A stretch of DNA of 64,000 bases from Escherichia coli O127:H6 str. E2348/69 (GCF_000026545.1 NC_011601.1); one strand, 5' to 3'; counted from the first letter of the stretch, positions 22,963-37,575 are shown. The notes: a model not told the origin generated them from the letters alone. Translations and numbers: made by a program.

Positions 22963-23796
22963 TCAGGCAATTTTGCGCAGAAAGCCGCAAATAAGATTAA
23001 TAAAGTTTTGCTTTGAGAGTTCCGCTGCTGCCAGCGTTTGGGCATGAGAAAGCTTCACGTCACTCAGACCTTCCGCCATGTTGGTAATCGCAGAGACCGC
23101 AACGACTTTAAGTTCGCAATGGCGAGCTGAAATAACCTCAGGCACCACAGACATACCAACAACATCCCCACCAATAATTTGCATCATGCGAATTTCCGCC
23201 GCAGTCTCGAAATTCGGCCCCGGATATGAGACGAACACGCCCTCCGTCAGAGGGAACCCCTCTTCTTTCGCCACTTTTTGTAACAGTGCGCGGTATTCCG
23301 CATCGTAGGCATTCGCCAGCGAGAAGAAGCGCTCACCAAAACGTTCATCATTAAGACCCACCATCGGCGTTCCCGGCATGGTGTTGATGTGATCTTTCAA
23401 TGCGACCAGACTGCCGGCCCCCACTTCAGGACGCAGTGAGCCAGCCGCATTGGTGCAGAACAGCAACTCGCAGCCCAGCAACTTAAAGGTACGGATTGCA
23501 TCCGTCATGATGGTCATCCCACGACCTTCGTAGAAATGTCCGCGACCTTTCATGCACGCCACTGGCACCCCCTGGAGATAACCCAGCACCAGCTCACCCG
23601 CATGACCGTGTACGGTACTTACCGGGAACCCAGGCAGCTTTTCGTAGGAAATTGCGACCGCGTTCTCAATCTGATCGGCCAGCGCGCCCAGCCCGGAACC
23701 TAAAATAAAGGCCACTCGTGGCGTGAAATCAGGTTTATAAGTCTTGATAATATCTACGCAATACAGTGGGTTATGAGAAAACTGAGCCTGATACAT
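22963..23796 (-). CDS. xapA: Xanthosine (purine nucleoside) phosphorylase XapA
   Basis: 277-aa ORF with PNP-family motifs (ILGSGLG, GRGHFYEG, VGMS). Confidence 0.95.
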   Translation of the reverse strand: MYQAQFSHNPLYCVDIIKTYKPDFTPRVAFILGSGLGALADQIENAVAISYEKLPGFPVSTVHGHAGELVLGYLQGVPVACMKGRGHFYEGRGMTIMTDAIRTFKLLGCELLFCTNAAGSLRPEVGAGSLVALKDHINTMPGTPMVGLNDERFGERFFSLANAYDAEYRALLQKVAKEEGFPLTEGVFVSYPGPNFETAAEIRMMQIIGGDVVGMSVVPEVISARHCELKVVAVSAITNMAEGLSDVKLSHAQTLAAAELSKQNFINLICGFLRKIA

Positions 23797-24043
23797 ATAT
23801 ATCCTTTTTTTGTAGGGTGGAATCTAACGCCTTTTTATAACGAGATTGCCCTACCTCATACCAATACACTTTTTTCATGTATCCGATAGTTATTCGATAT
23901 CGATATATTTATATTTTTTCACTATTAATAGGCTGAAAAAACTGTATTGGTACTCTCCTTTCCCTTGCATTAACAATATGCCGCTTTTAATCAACCTTTT
24001 ATTAAGCAATCAACTAATAACGATCGGCATAGGGAATTATGCT

Positions 24044-24808
24044 ATGAAAAAACATCTTTTTACTCTGACACTCTCTTCTGTATTGGCGATACCAGCAGTA
24101 TCCCATGCAGAATTTAAAGGCGGTTTTGCTGATATAGGTATTCATTATCTTGACTGGACTAGCAGAACCACTGAGAAATCGTCGACCAAATCACACAAAG
24201 ATGATTTTGGATATCTGGAACTGGAAGGCGGCGCTAACTTTAGTTGGGGAGAAATGTACGGGTTCTTCGACTGGGAAAACTTTTATAATGATCGTCATGA
24301 TAAACAGGGTAGCGAGCAGCGTTATACATTTAAAAATACCAACCGTATTTACCTGGGTGACACCGGATTTAATCTCTACTTGCATGCGTATGGCACCTAC
24401 GGTTCTGCGAATCGTGTGAATTTCCATGACGATATGTTCCTTTACGGGATCGGCTACAATTTCACCGGCAGCGGTTGGTGGTTCAAACCGTTCTTTGCAA
24501 AACGCTATACAGACCAAACCTATTATACCGGCGATAACGGTTATGTCGCCGGTTGGGTTGCAGGTTGCAGCTTTATGCTGGGCAGTGAGAAATTCACCCT
24601 CACCAACTGGAACGAGTACGAGTTTGATCGTGATGCCACCTACGCGGCAGGTAATGGCGGCAAAGAAGGTCTGAACGGTGCCGTCGCACTTTGGTGGAAT
24701 GCAACTTCACACATCACCACAGGGATTCAGTATCGTTATGCAGATGACAAACTGGGCGAAGATTTTTACCAGGATGCAATAATCTACTCCATCAAATTTA
24801 ATTTCTGA
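24044..24808 (+). CDS. yfeN: Tsx/OmpK-like putative outer-membrane nucleoside channel YfeN
   Basis: The internal ATG at 24044 gives 254 aa with a signal peptide (MKKHLFTLTLSSVLAIPAVSHA) and a terminal aromatic residue (KFNF). The upstream extension in the track ORF is AT-rich promoter sequence. Confidence 0.85.
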   Translation: MKKHLFTLTLSSVLAIPAVSHAEFKGGFADIGIHYLDWTSRTTEKSSTKSHKDDFGYLELEGGANFSWGEMYGFFDWENFYNDRHDKQGSEQRYTFKNTNRIYLGDTGFNLYLHAYGTYGSANRVNFHDDMFLYGIGYNFTGSGWWFKPFFAKRYTDQTYYTGDNGYVAGWVAGCSFMLGSEKFTLTNWNEYEFDRDATYAAGNGGKEGLNGAVALWWNATSHITTGIQYRYADDKLGEDFYQDAIIYSIKFNF

Positions 24809-24813
24809 TTGAT

Positions 24814-24836
24814 TACTGCCGGAGCTCCCGGCAGTA
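24814..24836. terminator. Hairpin between convergent yfeN and yfeR (possible bidirectional terminator)
   Basis: tactgccgg-agct-cccggcagta inverted repeat. There is no clear T-run. Confidence 0.4.
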
Positions 24837-24846
24837 TGAATTCACT

Positions 24847-25773
24847 CTATATCTGATACAACGGATCCCCTTCCCGCCCAGCCATTAGCGCATTGCCCTG
24901 GTCTCGTACTACGTCCCATAACGCTTCAGCGGCGGTGGAAAGTGAACGGTTCTTCCTGCGCACCAGCATCAACTGGCGTTCAACCACCGGCGTAATGCGC
25001 TTTACCACCAGTGGGCTACCTTCAGGCAATGGTAGCGCCAGTGCGGGAAGAATACTGATGCTGATGCCTGCAGCTACCATCGGGAACAGCGTCGCCGGAT
25101 GACCAATCTCCTGCACAATATTCGCCTGAATACCGTTGCGCGCCAGCGCTGCATCAATCAGCGGTCGGCTGCCTGACGCGTAATCCTGCAACACCAATTT
25201 CGCTCCCTGTAATGCCTGCCAGGGGACATAATCTTCCACGGCCAAAGCGCTATCGCGATGGCAAAGCAGAAAGAAAGGCTCGGAAAGAATCGCTTCACAT
25301 TGCAGATCGCCCACTGGGCCTGGATCGATGACGATGCCAAAATCGACATCTCCCTGGCGAATACTTTCCATCACCCACTGCTGCGGACGATCGTGCAGGA
25401 CAAACTGAATATCTGGATAGCGGCGATGGCTTTCAGCAATGCATTGCGGAATAAGATGCGCGGAAATGGTCTGGCTGGCAGCGACCCGAACTTTTCCGCT
25501 CAGTTGTTGCCCCATACGCCCGGTCTCGCGCAACGTGCTGTTAAGTTCATCCAGCAGTCGCTCAAGACGCAAAGCCAACTGCTGCCCTGCATCTGTAAGC
25601 ACCACTTCACGCGTGGTTCTGTCCAGCAGGCGAACACCAGTATGATTTTCCAGCTCCTTCACACTGTGACTCACTGCCGACTGGCTCAGGCCGATACGCT
25701 CTCCTGCACGACTAAAACTTTTCTCCTGCGCTACTGTGACGAAAACCTTTAATTGCTTTAAAGAATAATTCAT
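24847..25773 (-). CDS. yfeR: LysR-family transcriptional regulator YfeR
   Basis: 308-aa ORF with an N-terminal LysR HTH ([35 protein letters not shown]). Divergent from yfeH. Confidence 0.9.
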   Translation of the reverse strand: MNYSLKQLKVFVTVAQEKSFSRAGERIGLSQSAVSHSVKELENHTGVRLLDRTTREVVLTDAGQQLALRLERLLDELNSTLRETGRMGQQLSGKVRVAASQTISAHLIPQCIAESHRRYPDIQFVLHDRPQQWVMESIRQGDVDFGIVIDPGPVGDLQCEAILSEPFFLLCHRDSALAVEDYVPWQALQGAKLVLQDYASGSRPLIDAALARNGIQANIVQEIGHPATLFPMVAAGISISILPALALPLPEGSPLVVKRITPVVERQLMLVRRKNRSLSTAAEALWDVVRDQGNALMAGREGDPLYQI

Positions 25774-25862
25774 CTGTTTTTTTCATGAATGGATGCAATA
25801 AATCAATTTTATTTCTCAAACTGGAAGACGCACAATAGAACCATCGATCATCTGGAGTCTTT

Positions 25863-26861
25863 ATGAAACTTTTTCGTATCCTCGATCCTTTCACCTTAAC
25901 CCTGATCACGGTGGTGTTGCTGGCCTCTTTCTTTCCGGCCAGAGGCGATTTCGTCCCCTTCTTTGAAAATCTGACCACTGCAGCTATTGCTCTGCTGTTC
26001 TTTATGCACGGCGCGAAGTTGTCGCGTGAGGCGATTATTGCTGGCGGTGGTCACTGGCGACTGCATTTGTGGGTAATGTGCAGCACCTTCGTACTGTTTC
26101 CGATTCTGGGCGTGCTGTTTGCCTGGTGGAAACCGGTAAATGTCGACCCGATGCTCTACTCCGGTTTTCTCTACTTGTGCATTCTCCCCGCGACCGTGCA
26201 GTCTGCAATCGCCTTCACGTCAATGGCGGGCGGTAACGTCGCGGCGGCGGTTTGTTCTGCGTCAGCATCCAGCCTGCTGGGGATTTTCCTTTCACCATTG
26301 CTGGTTGGTCTGGTGATGAATGTTCACGGTGCAGGGGGCAGCCTTGAGCAGGTCGGTAAAATTATGCTGCAACTGTTGCTGCCATTTGTGTTGGGGCATC
26401 TTTCCCGGCCGTGGATTGGTGACTGGGTGTCGCGTAATAAAAAATGGATTGCGAAAACTGACCAGACGTCCATTCTGTTGGTGGTTTATACGGCATTCAG
26501 CGAAGCCGTCGTTAACGGTATCTGGCACAAAGTTGGCTGGGGATCATTGCTGTTTATCGTGGTGGTCAGTTGCGTTCTTCTGGCTATCGTGATTGTAGTT
26601 AACGTCTTTATGGCACGCCGACTGGGCTTCAATAAGGCAGATGAAATTACTATCGTCTTTTGTGGTTCGAAAAAGAGTCTGGCAAATGGCATCCCGATGG
26701 CAAACATTCTGTTCCCCACATCGGTGATCGGTATGATGGTGCTGCCCCTGATGATTTTCCATCAGATCCAATTGATGGTCTGTGCGGTGCTGGCGCGTCG
26801 ATACAAACGCCAGACCGAACAGTTACAGGCACAGCAGGAAAGCAGCGCCGATAAAGCTTAA
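25863..26861 (+). CDS. yfeH: Bile acid:Na+ symporter (BASS)-like membrane protein YfeH
   Basis: 332-aa polytopic membrane ORF. Synteny. Confidence 0.9.
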   Translation: MKLFRILDPFTLTLITVVLLASFFPARGDFVPFFENLTTAAIALLFFMHGAKLSREAIIAGGGHWRLHLWVMCSTFVLFPILGVLFAWWKPVNVDPMLYSGFLYLCILPATVQSAIAFTSMAGGNVAAAVCSASASSLLGIFLSPLLVGLVMNVHGAGGSLEQVGKIMLQLLLPFVLGHLSRPWIGDWVSRNKKWIAKTDQTSILLVVYTAFSEAVVNGIWHKVGWGSLLFIVVVSCVLLAIVIVVNVFMARRLGFNKADEITIVFCGSKKSLANGIPMANILFPTSVIGMMVLPLMIFHQIQLMVCAVLARRYKRQTEQLQAQQESSADKA

Positions 26862-27076
26862 AGCGGACGCTTCAGGGGCTGGACCAGTTGCGTCAGCCCC
26901 TCGGTTTTAATCAGCAGCGTGATTTGCATTAGCTCACCGAGTTTCCCTGCCGGGAACTCATCTTTGCGGGCAAACCACAGCAGATACTCCTCCGGCAGGT
27001 CGATTAAGCGACGCCCTTTGTACTTGCCAAACGGCATTATCGTATTGGCTATTTCAATCAGCTGCTCTTTTTCCAT
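26858..27076 (-). CDS. ypeB: Small DUF3820 protein YpeB
   Basis: The internal start MEKEQLIEIANTIMPFGKYKGRRLIDLPEEYLLWF gives 72 aa, immediately downstream of ligA. Confidence 0.8.
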   Translation of the reverse strand: MEKEQLIEIANTIMPFGKYKGRRLIDLPEEYLLWFARKDEFPAGKLGELMQITLLIKTEGLTQLVQPLKRPL

Positions 27077-27077
27077 C

Positions 27078-29102
<2,025 letters not shown>

Positions 29103-29110
29103 TCAATGCT

Positions 29111-29134
29111 AAAAACCCCCGACAAGCGGGGGTT
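29111..29134 (-). terminator. Hairpin with T-run between zipA and ligA
   Basis: The minus strand reads acccccgcttgtcgggggttttt. Confidence 0.5.
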
Positions 29135-29163
29135 CGAAGAGGAGTTAGTTTGCCTTAAGTGTA

Positions 29164-30162
29164 TCAGGCGTTGGCGTCTTTGACTTCGCGGATGATGTCC
29201 TGGTACTCGCGCAATTTCTGCGGAGTCATCATACGGCGCTGATCGTCAAGCACTACACCGCCCACTTCATCGGCAATATGCTGCGCAGATTGCAGCATCA
29301 GCTTAAAGTTCTGCAGCTCGTCACCGTAAGACGGTACCTGCATAAAGATAGTGACACCCGGAGTAGTGAAATCCTTCATTTCAGGATCAAAGGTTCCCGG
29401 TTTCACCATATTCGCCAGGCTGAATAACGCCGGGCCGCTGCCATCCGGGCTAAGATGACGATGGTAAATGTTCATATCGCCAAAAATGAAGCCCGCTTGT
29501 TGAATGCTGTTAAGAAGCAGTTCACCGTTTAACTCGCTACCGTGATGCGCCGCGACGTTCATGATAATCACCGCTTCTTTGCGCTTCGGTTTATCCATAA
29601 CTGGAGCCGGTTCCGCTACAGGCTCAGGCTGTGGTGCCGCTACGGGTTCTGCAGGCTGAAAAGCCTGTTGTGCCGGTTGCGGTGCTGAATGCACTGGCTG
29701 CGGCGCTGACGCGAGCTGTGGCGAAACTGGCTGCTGCAACGGCTGTTCAGGCTGCGGCTGATAGGCAGGCTGCTGCACGGGTTGCTGCACCGGCTGCGTT
29801 GGACGCGGAGCATGTTGCGGCGGTACCTGCGCTTCAGGCGGCTGCTGGACCGGTTGACGCGGCTGCGCAGACGCATAAGGCGGTTGGTACTGGTGTTGCG
29901 GCGACGGACGAGCAACCTCATGCTCCTGGGCGTTAGCCGGGGCATGATTCACGCGGTGAACACGAACCTCACCAACGCCCTCATCATCTTCGACATCCTC
30001 GTCATAAGAATCGTCGTCACGTTTTGACTTCATTCGTTTTAATGGCCGATCGCGGAACATAGAAGATCGTTCTTTACGGCTGGTCCAGAAACCATGTACC
30101 AGTAAAGCGATTATGGCGATCGCGCCAACAATGATTAATATCAGACGCAAATCCTGCATCAT
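29164..30162 (-). CDS. zipA: Cell division protein ZipA
   Basis: The internal start [22 protein letters not shown] gives 332 aa. It has an N-terminal TM anchor, a P/Q-rich linker and a C-terminal FtsZ-binding domain. Confidence 0.95.
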   Translation of the reverse strand: MMQDLRLILIIVGAIAIIALLVHGFWTSRKERSSMFRDRPLKRMKSKRDDDSYDEDVEDDEGVGEVRVHRVNHAPANAQEHEVARPSPQHQYQPPYASAQPRQPVQQPPEAQVPPQHAPRPTQPVQQPVQQPAYQPQPEQPLQQPVSPQLASAPQPVHSAPQPAQQAFQPAEPVAAPQPEPVAEPAPVMDKPKRKEAVIIMNVAAHHGSELNGELLLNSIQQAGFIFGDMNIYHRHLSPDGSGPALFSLANMVKPGTFDPEMKDFTTPGVTIFMQVPSYGDELQNFKLMLQSAQHIADEVGGVVLDDQRRMMTPQKLREYQDIIREVKDANA

Positions 30163-30391
30163 TATATTCTCTGTTGTTCTAACACCTTGCCACCACGGCA
30201 AACATTTACTCACTAAGAGTATTTGCCGATTACCTCAAGTGCAAGTGCACTATTAACTTTCACAGCACAAAGATAGATGAAATCGTGCTTTTTGCTGTTT
30301 TTTCGAACATATCCTAACTGTCCATTGCGCAATTACCCGGTAAAATACGCAGAATTTTCCTGGGATTGGTCAAAAGGAGCTCATCCTGATT

Positions 30392-31153
30392 ATGGTTTCA
30401 TCATTCACATCTGCCCCACGCAGCGGTTTTTACTATTTTGCGCAAGGCTGGAAGCTCGTCTCGCAACCTGGGATTCGGCGTTTCGTTATTTTACCGCTGC
30501 TGGTCAATATTTTGTTGATGGGGGGCGCATTCTGGTGGCTCTTTACGCAACTCGATGTCTGGATCCCGACTCTCATGAGTTATGTTCCGGACTGGTTACA
30601 ATGGCTGAGCTATCTGTTGTGGCCTCTGGCTGTCATCTCTGTGCTGTTAGTGTTTGGCTATTTCTTCTCAACGATTGCTAACTGGATTGCCGCTCCGTTC
30701 AATGGTTTATTGGCTGAACAACTGGAAGCACGATTGACTGGCGCTACACCGCCAGATACCGGGATTTTCGGTATCATGAAAGATGTGCCGCGAATCATGA
30801 AACGCGAATGGCAAAAATTTGCCTGGTATCTGCCGCGCGCAATTGTATTGCTAATTCTTTACTTCATCCCTGGTATTGGGCAAACCGTCGCGCCGGTACT
30901 GTGGTTCCTGTTTAGCGCCTGGATGTTAGCCATCCAGTATTGCGATTACCCCTTCGATAACCACAAAGTGCCGTTTAAAGAGATGCGCACCGCCCTGCGC
31001 ACACGCAAAATCACCAATATGCAGTTTGGTGCTTTAACCAGCCTGTTTACGATGATCCCGTTGCTTAATCTGTTCATCATGCCCGTTGCCGTTTGTGGTG
31101 CGACGGCGATGTGGGTCGATTGCTATCGCGATAAACACGCGATGTGGCGGTAA
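30392..31153 (+). CDS. cysZ: Sulfate transporter CysZ
   Basis: 253-aa membrane ORF. Synteny upstream of cysK. Confidence 0.9.
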
Positions 31154-31337
31154 CAATCTACCGGTTATTTTGTAAACCGCTTGTGTGAAACAGGGGTGGC
31201 TTATGCCGCCCCTTATTCCATCTTGCATGTCATTATTTCCCTTCTGCATATAGATATGCTAAATCCTTACTTCCGCATATTCTCTGAGCGGGTATGCTAC
31301 CTGTTGTATCCCAATTTCATACAGTTAAGGACAGACC

Positions 31338-32309
31338 ATGAGTAAGATTTTTGAAGATAACTCGCTGACTATCGGTCACACGCCGCTGGTTCGCCTGAAT
31401 CGTATCGGTAACGGACGCATTCTGGCGAAGGTGGAATCTCGTAACCCCAGCTTCAGCGTTAAGTGCCGTATCGGTGCCAACATGATTTGGGATGCCGAAA
31501 AGCGCGGCGTGCTGAAACCAGGCGTTGAACTGGTTGAACCAACCAGCGGTAATACCGGGATTGCACTGGCCTATGTAGCTGCCGCTCGCGGTTACAAACT
31601 TACCCTGACCATGCCAGAAACCATGAGTATTGAACGCCGCAAGCTGCTGAAAGCGTTAGGTGCAAACCTGGTGCTGACCGAAGGTGCTAAAGGCATGAAA
31701 GGCGCAATCCAAAAAGCAGAAGAAATTGTCGCCAGCAATCCAGAGAAATACCTGCTGCTGCAACAATTCAGCAATCCGGCAAACCCTGAAATTCACGAAA
31801 AAACCACCGGTCCGGAGATCTGGGAAGATACCGACGGTCAGGTTGATGTATTTATTGCTGGTGTTGGGACTGGCGGTACGTTGACTGGCGTCAGCCGCTA
31901 CATTAAAGGCACCAAAGGCAAGACCGATCTTATCTCTGTCGCCGTTGAGCCAACCGATTCTCCAGTTATCGCCCAGGCGCTGGCAGGTGAAGAGATTAAA
32001 CCTGGTCCGCATAAAATTCAGGGTATTGGCGCTGGTTTTATCCCGGCTAACCTTGATCTCAAGCTGGTCGACAAAGTCATTGGCATCACCAATGAAGAAG
32101 CCATTTCTACCGCACGTCGTCTGATGGAAGAAGAAGGCATTCTTGCTGGTATCTCTTCTGGAGCAGCTGTTGCTGCGGCGTTGAAACTACAAGAAGATGA
32201 AAGCTTTACCAATAAGAATATTGTGGTTATCCTGCCGTCATCGGGTGAGCGTTATTTAAGCACTGCATTGTTTGCCGATCTTTTCACTGAGAAAGAACTG
32301 CAACAGTAA
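31338..32309 (+). CDS. cysK: Cysteine synthase A (O-acetylserine sulfhydrylase A)
   Basis: 323-aa ORF with PLP-lysine region ([11 protein letters not shown]) and GTGGT loop. Confidence 0.95.
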   Translation: MSKIFEDNSLTIGHTPLVRLNRIGNGRILAKVESRNPSFSVKCRIGANMIWDAEKRGVLKPGVELVEPTSGNTGIALAYVAAARGYKLTLTMPETMSIERRKLLKALGANLVLTEGAKGMKGAIQKAEEIVASNPEKYLLLQQFSNPANPEIHEKTTGPEIWEDTDGQVDVFIAGVGTGGTLTGVSRYIKGTKGKTDLISVAVEPTDSPVIAQALAGEEIKPGPHKIQGIGAGFIPANLDLKLVDKVIGITNEEAISTARRLMEEEGILAGISSGAAVAAALKLQEDESFTNKNIVVILPSSGERYLSTALFADLFTEKELQQ

Positions 32310-32331
32310 TGCCAGCTTGTAAAAAATGCGT

Positions 32332-32359
32332 AAAAAAGCACCTTTTTAGGTGCTTTTTT
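32332..32359 (+). terminator. Rho-independent terminator of cysK
   Basis: aaaaaagcacc-ttttta-ggtgctttttt. Confidence 0.8.
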
Positions 32360-32431
32360 GTGGCCTGCTTCAAACTTTCGCCCCTCCTGGCATTGATTCA
32401 GCCTGTCGGAACTGGTATTTAACCAGACTAA

Positions 32432-32453
32432 TTATTTTGATGCGCGAAATTAA
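32432..32453. promoter_or_regulatory. Probable Mlc operator at the ptsH P0 promoter
   Basis: ttattttgatgcgcgaaattaa is a near-palindrome of the Mlc/NagC type (TTATTT...CGCG...AAATAA). ptsHI is known to be Mlc-repressed. Confidence 0.55.
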
Positions 32454-32692
32454 TCGTTACAGGAAAAGCCAAAGCTGAATCGATTTTATGATTTGGTTCA
32501 ATTCTTCCTTTAGCGGCATAATGTTTAATGACGTACGAAACGTCAGCGGTCAACACCCGCCAGCAATGGACTGTATTACGCTCTTCGTGCGTCGCGTCTG
32601 TTAAAAACTGGCGCTAACAATACAGGCTAAAGTCGAACCGCCAGGCTAGACTTTAGTTCCACAACACTAAACCTATAAGTTGGGGAAATACA

Positions 32693-32950
32693 ATGTTCCA
32701 GCAAGAAGTTACCATTACCGCTCCGAACGGTCTGCACACCCGCCCTGCTGCCCAGTTTGTAAAAGAAGCTAAGGGCTTCACTTCTGAAATTACTGTGACT
32801 TCCAACGGCAAAAGCGCCAGCGCGAAAAGCCTGTTTAAACTGCAGACTCTGGGCCTGACTCAAGGTACCGTTGTGACTATCTCCGCAGAAGGCGAAGACG
32901 AGCAGAAAGCGGTTGAACATCTGGTTAAACTGATGGCGGAACTCGAGTAA
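32693..32950 (+). CDS. ptsH: PTS phosphocarrier protein HPr
   Basis: 85-aa [26 protein letters not shown] (His15 active site). Confidence 0.97.
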
Positions 32951-32994
32951 TTTCCCGGGTTCTTTTAAAAATCAGTCACAAGTAAGGTAGGGTT

Positions 32995-34722
32995 ATGATT
33001 TCAGGCATTTTAGCATCCCCGGGTATCGCTTTCGGTAAAGCTCTGCTTCTGAAAGAAGACGAAATTGTCATTGACCGGAAAAAAATTTCTGCCGACCAGG
33101 TTGATCAGGAAGTTGAACGTTTTCTGAGCGGTCGTGCCAAGGCATCAGCCCAGCTGGAAACGATCAAAACGAAAGCTGGTGAAACGTTCGGTGAAGAAAA
33201 AGAAGCCATCTTTGAAGGGCATATTATGCTGCTCGAAGATGAGGAGCTGGAGCAGGAAATCATAGCCCTGATTAAAGATAAGCACATGACAGCTGACGCA
33301 GCTGCTCATGAAGTTATCGAAGGTCAGGCTTCTGCCCTGGAAGAGCTGGATGATGAATACCTGAAAGAACGTGCGGCTGACGTACGTGATATCGGTAAGC
33401 GCCTGCTGCGCAACATCCTGGGCCTGAAGATTATCGACCTGAGCGCTATTCAGGATGAAGTCATTCTGGTTGCCGCTGACCTGACGCCGTCCGAAACCGC
33501 ACAGCTGAACCTGAAGAAGGTGCTGGGTTTCATCACCGACGCGGGTGGCCGTACTTCCCACACCTCTATCATGGCGCGTTCTCTGGAACTGCCTGCTATC
33601 GTGGGTACCGGTAGTGTCACCTCTCAGGTGAAAAATGACGACTATCTGATTCTGGATGCCGTAAATAATCAGGTTTACGTCAATCCAACCAACGAAGTTA
33701 TTGATAAAATGCGCGCTGTTCAGGAGCAAGTGGCTTCTGAAAAAGCAGAGCTTGCTAAACTGAAAGATCTGCCAGCTATTACGCTGGACGGTCACCAGGT
33801 AGAAGTGTGCGCTAACATTGGTACGGTTCGTGACGTTGAAGGTGCAGAGCGTAACGGCGCTGAAGGCGTTGGTCTGTATCGTACTGAGTTCCTGTTCATG
33901 GACCGCGACGCGCTGCCCACTGAAGAAGAACAGTTTGCTGCTTACAAAGCAGTGGCTGAAGCGTGTGGCTCTCAGGCGGTTATCGTTCGTACCATGGACA
34001 TCGGCGGCGACAAAGAGCTGCCATACATGAACTTCCCGAAAGAAGAGAACCCGTTCCTCGGCTGGCGCGCTATCCGTATCGCAATGGATCGTAAAGAGAT
34101 CCTGCGCGATCAGCTCCGCGCTATCCTGCGTGCCTCTGCTTTCGGTAAATTGCGCATCATGTTCCCGATGATCATCTCTGTTGAAGAAGTGCGTGCACTG
34201 CGCAAAGAGATCGAAATCTACAAACAGGAACTGCGCGACGAAGGTAAAGCGTTTGACGAGTCAATTGAAATCGGCGTAATGGTGGAAACACCGGCTGCCG
34301 CAACAATTGCACGTCATTTAGCCAAAGAAGTTGATTTCTTTAGTATCGGCACCAATGATTTAACGCAGTACACTCTGGCAGTTGACCGTGGTAATGATAT
34401 GATTTCACACCTTTACCAGCCAATGTCACCGTCCGTGCTGAACTTGATCAAGCAAGTTATTGATGCTTCTCATGCTGAAGGCAAATGGACTGGCATGTGT
34501 GGTGAGCTTGCTGGCGATGAACGTGCTACACTTCTGTTGCTGGGGATGGGTCTGGACGAATTCTCTATGAGCGCCATTTCTATCCCGCGCATTAAGAAGA
34601 TTATCCGTAACACGAACTTCGAAGATGCGAAGGTGTTAGCAGAGCAGGCTCTTGCTCAACCGACAACGGACGAGTTAATGACGCTGGTTAACAAGTTCAT
34701 TGAAGAAAAAACAATCTGCTAA
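32995..34722 (+). CDS. ptsI: PTS enzyme I
   Basis: 575-aa ORF with the [13 protein letters not shown] active-site His region. Confidence 0.97.
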   Translation: MISGILASPGIAFGKALLLKEDEIVIDRKKISADQVDQEVERFLSGRAKASAQLETIKTKAGETFGEEKEAIFEGHIMLLEDEELEQEIIALIKDKHMTADAAAHEVIEGQASALEELDDEYLKERAADVRDIGKRLLRNILGLKIIDLSAIQDEVILVAADLTPSETAQLNLKKVLGFITDAGGRTSHTSIMARSLELPAIVGTGSVTSQVKNDDYLILDAVNNQVYVNPTNEVIDKMRAVQEQVASEKAELAKLKDLPAITLDGHQVEVCANIGTVRDVEGAERNGAEGVGLYRTEFLFMDRDALPTEEEQFAAYKAVAEACGSQAVIVRTMDIGGDKELPYMNFPKEENPFLGWRAIRIAMDRKEILRDQLRAILRASAFGKLRIMFPMIISVEEVRALRKEIEIYKQELRDEGKAFDESIEIGVMVETPAAATIARHLAKEVDFFSIGTNDLTQYTLAVDRGNDMISHLYQPMSPSVLNLIKQVIDASHAEGKWTGMCGELAGDERATLLLLGMGLDEFSMSAISIPRIKKIIRNTNFEDAKVLAEQALAQPTTDELMTLVNKFIEEKTIC

Positions 34723-34762
34723 TCCACGAGATGCGGCCCAATTTACTGCTTAGGAGAAGATC

Positions 34763-35272
34763 ATGGGTTTGTTCGATAAACTGAAATCTCTGGTTTCCGA
34801 CGACAAGAAGGATACCGGAACTATTGAGATCATTGCTCCGCTCTCTGGCGAGATCGTCAATATCGAAGACGTGCCGGATGTCGTTTTTGCGGAAAAAATC
34901 GTTGGTGATGGCATTGCTATCAAACCAACTGGAAACAAAATGGTCGCGCCTGTAGACGGCACCATTGGTAAAATCTTTGAAACCAACCACGCGTTCTCTA
35001 TCGAATCTGATAGCGGCGTTGAACTGTTCGTCCACTTCGGTATCGACACCGTTGAACTGAAAGGCGAAGGCTTCAAGCGTATTGCTGAAGAAGGTCAGCG
35101 CGTGAAAGTTGGCGATACTGTCATTGAATTCGATCTGCCGCTGCTGGAAGAGAAAGCCAAGTCTACCCTGACTCCGGTTGTTATCTCCAACATGGACGAA
35201 ATCAAAGAACTGATCAAACTGTCCGGTAGCGTAACCGTGGGTGAAACCCCGGTTATCCGCATCAAGAAGTAA
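34763..35272 (+). CDS. crr: PTS glucose-specific enzyme IIA (Crr)
   Basis: 169-aa [19 protein letters not shown]... Confidence 0.97.
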
Positions 35273-35286
35273 TTCTTGCCGCAGTG

Positions 35287-35316
35287 AAAAATGGCGCCCA
35301 TCGGCGCCATTTTTTA
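35287..35316. terminator. Bidirectional terminator between crr and pdxK
   Basis: aatggcgcc-catc-ggcgccatt followed by a T-run. It overlaps the last codon of pdxK. Confidence 0.75.
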
Positions 35317-36165
35317 TGCTTCCGCCAGCGGCGGCAAAATCAATTCATCGCTCTCATGCTGCTGGGTGTAGCGCATCACTTCCAGTACGCGCAACCCCGC
35401 ACGGTGCACCGCATCGTTTAACGCCTTCCCTTTCAGCAAACCACTGATAAGCTGAGCACAAAACAGGTCGCCAGTCCCTTTCAGGTCGGTTTTTACCCGT
35501 GAATGGGAAATGACATTCACGCTGTCGGCACTGACCACCACCACCTGCATCTCCTGATTTTCTTCATTACCGGAGGCGCTGGTAATCACCACCCATTTTA
35601 ATGTGTCTGAAAGCAGACTTTTTGCGGCAGCAATGGCACTGTCGAGATCGCGGCAATTTTTACCGGTCAGGATTTCCAGCTCAAAAATATTGGGGGTAAT
35701 TCCCTGCGCCAGCGGCAGTAAATATTGTCGATACGCCTCGGGAAGGTCAGGTTTGACATAAATTCCGCTATCAATATCGCCAATCACTGGATCGACCATG
35801 ATCAATAGGTCAGGATGATCTTTGCGTAGCGCAGTCAGCCACTCGGCAAGGATTTTGATTTGCGATGCCGTTCCCATATAGCCCGTGGTTACAGCACGAA
35901 GTTGGCGCAGCGCATCACGCTCCTGAAGCGCACGCAAATAACCGCTAAACCATTCATCCGGAATCGCACCACCGTAGAAAGTGTCATAATGCGGCGTATT
36001 GCTCAGCAATACCGTCGGCACGGCAAAGACATTCAGGCCGTTCTGTTTGATAGCAGGCACCGCAATGCTGTTGCCTACGCTGCCGTACACTACCTGCGAC
36101 TGCACGGCAACGATATCCGCCTGCAGTGCCCTGCTCTTATCGTTAAACAACAACAAACTACTCAT
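35314..36165 (-). CDS. pdxK: Pyridoxal/pyridoxine/pyridoxamine kinase PdxK
   Basis: 283-aa ORF of the ribokinase-like family (GTGDLF near the C-terminus). Synteny. Confidence 0.93.
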   Translation of the reverse strand: MSSLLLFNDKSRALQADIVAVQSQVVYGSVGNSIAVPAIKQNGLNVFAVPTVLLSNTPHYDTFYGGAIPDEWFSGYLRALQERDALRQLRAVTTGYMGTASQIKILAEWLTALRKDHPDLLIMVDPVIGDIDSGIYVKPDLPEAYRQYLLPLAQGITPNIFELEILTGKNCRDLDSAIAAAKSLLSDTLKWVVITSASGNEENQEMQVVVVSADSVNVISHSRVKTDLKGTGDLFCAQLISGLLKGKALNDAVHRAGLRVLEVMRYTQQHESDELILPPLAEA

Positions 36166-36178
36166 TTAATTTTTTCTC

Positions 36179-36638
<460 letters not shown>

Positions 36639-36640
36639 TC

Positions 36641-37552
36641 TTAAATCCCCGCCCCCTGGCTAAAATACTCTTCCCCAAACACCCCGGTAGAAAGGTAGCG
36701 ATCGCCACGATCGCAGATGATCGCCACCACCACCGCGCCAGGGTTAGCTTTTGCCACCCGCAGTGCTCCGGCAACCGCGCCGCCGGAGCTTACGCCGCAG
36801 AAAATCCCTTCCCGCACTGCCAGTTCGCGCATGGTGTTTTCCGCATCGCGCTGATGAATATCCAGCACCTCATCCACCAGAGAAGCATTGAAAATCCCCG
36901 GCAGATATTCCGCAGGCCAGCGGCGAATGCCGGGAATACTGCTGCCTTCTTCCGGCTGCAGGCCAACAATGGTCACCGGTTTGGATTGTTCGCGCATAAA
37001 GCGTGACACACCGGTAATGGTGCCGGTCGTCCCCATACTGGAGACAAAATGCGTAATGCGCCCGCCAGTTTGCTGCCAGATTTCCGGCCCGGTGGTGGTG
37101 TAATGGGCGAAGGGATTATCAGGATTATTGAACTGATCGAGCAGCTTTCCTTCACCACGATTGGCCATCTCCAGCGCCAGATCGCGCGCGCCTTCCATGC
37201 CCTGCTCTTTGGTGACAAGAATCAGTTCCGCACCGTATGCCAGCATCGCTGCACGGCGCTCCTGGCTCATGTTGTCGGGCATCAGCAATTTCATGCGATA
37301 GCCTTTAAGCGCGGCAATCATTGCCAGCGCAATGCCGGTGTTACCACTGGTGGCTTCGATCAGCACGTCACCCGGTTTAATTTCCCCGCGCTTTTCCGCC
37401 TCAACGATCATCGAAAGTGCCGCACGATCTTTTACCGAACCTGCCGGGTTATTACCTTCCAGTTTCAACCAGACTTCACTGCCGTTATTCGGCCCCATTC
37501 GCTGCAACTTCACCAGAGGCGTATTGCCAATTGTTTGTTCTAATGTACTCAC
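36641..37552 (-). CDS. cysM: Cysteine synthase B (O-acetylserine sulfhydrylase B)
   Basis: 303-aa ORF, paralogue of CysK (GNNPAGSVKDR). Last gene of cysPUWAM. Confidence 0.95.
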   Translation of the reverse strand: MSTLEQTIGNTPLVKLQRMGPNNGSEVWLKLEGNNPAGSVKDRAALSMIVEAEKRGEIKPGDVLIEATSGNTGIALAMIAALKGYRMKLLMPDNMSQERRAAMLAYGAELILVTKEQGMEGARDLALEMANRGEGKLLDQFNNPDNPFAHYTTTGPEIWQQTGGRITHFVSSMGTTGTITGVSRFMREQSKPVTIVGLQPEEGSSIPGIRRWPAEYLPGIFNASLVDEVLDIHQRDAENTMRELAVREGIFCGVSSGGAVAGALRVAKANPGAVVVAIICDRGDRYLSTGVFGEEYFSQGAGI

Positions 37553-37575
37553 GATCTATGTCCATACGTGGTGTT

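Noticed and set aside
30277-30681. 134-aa ORF overlapping the zipA-cysZ intergenic region and the 5' part of cysZ
   Set aside because: It is out of frame with the well-supported cysZ ORF (30392..31153) and begins in promoter DNA.
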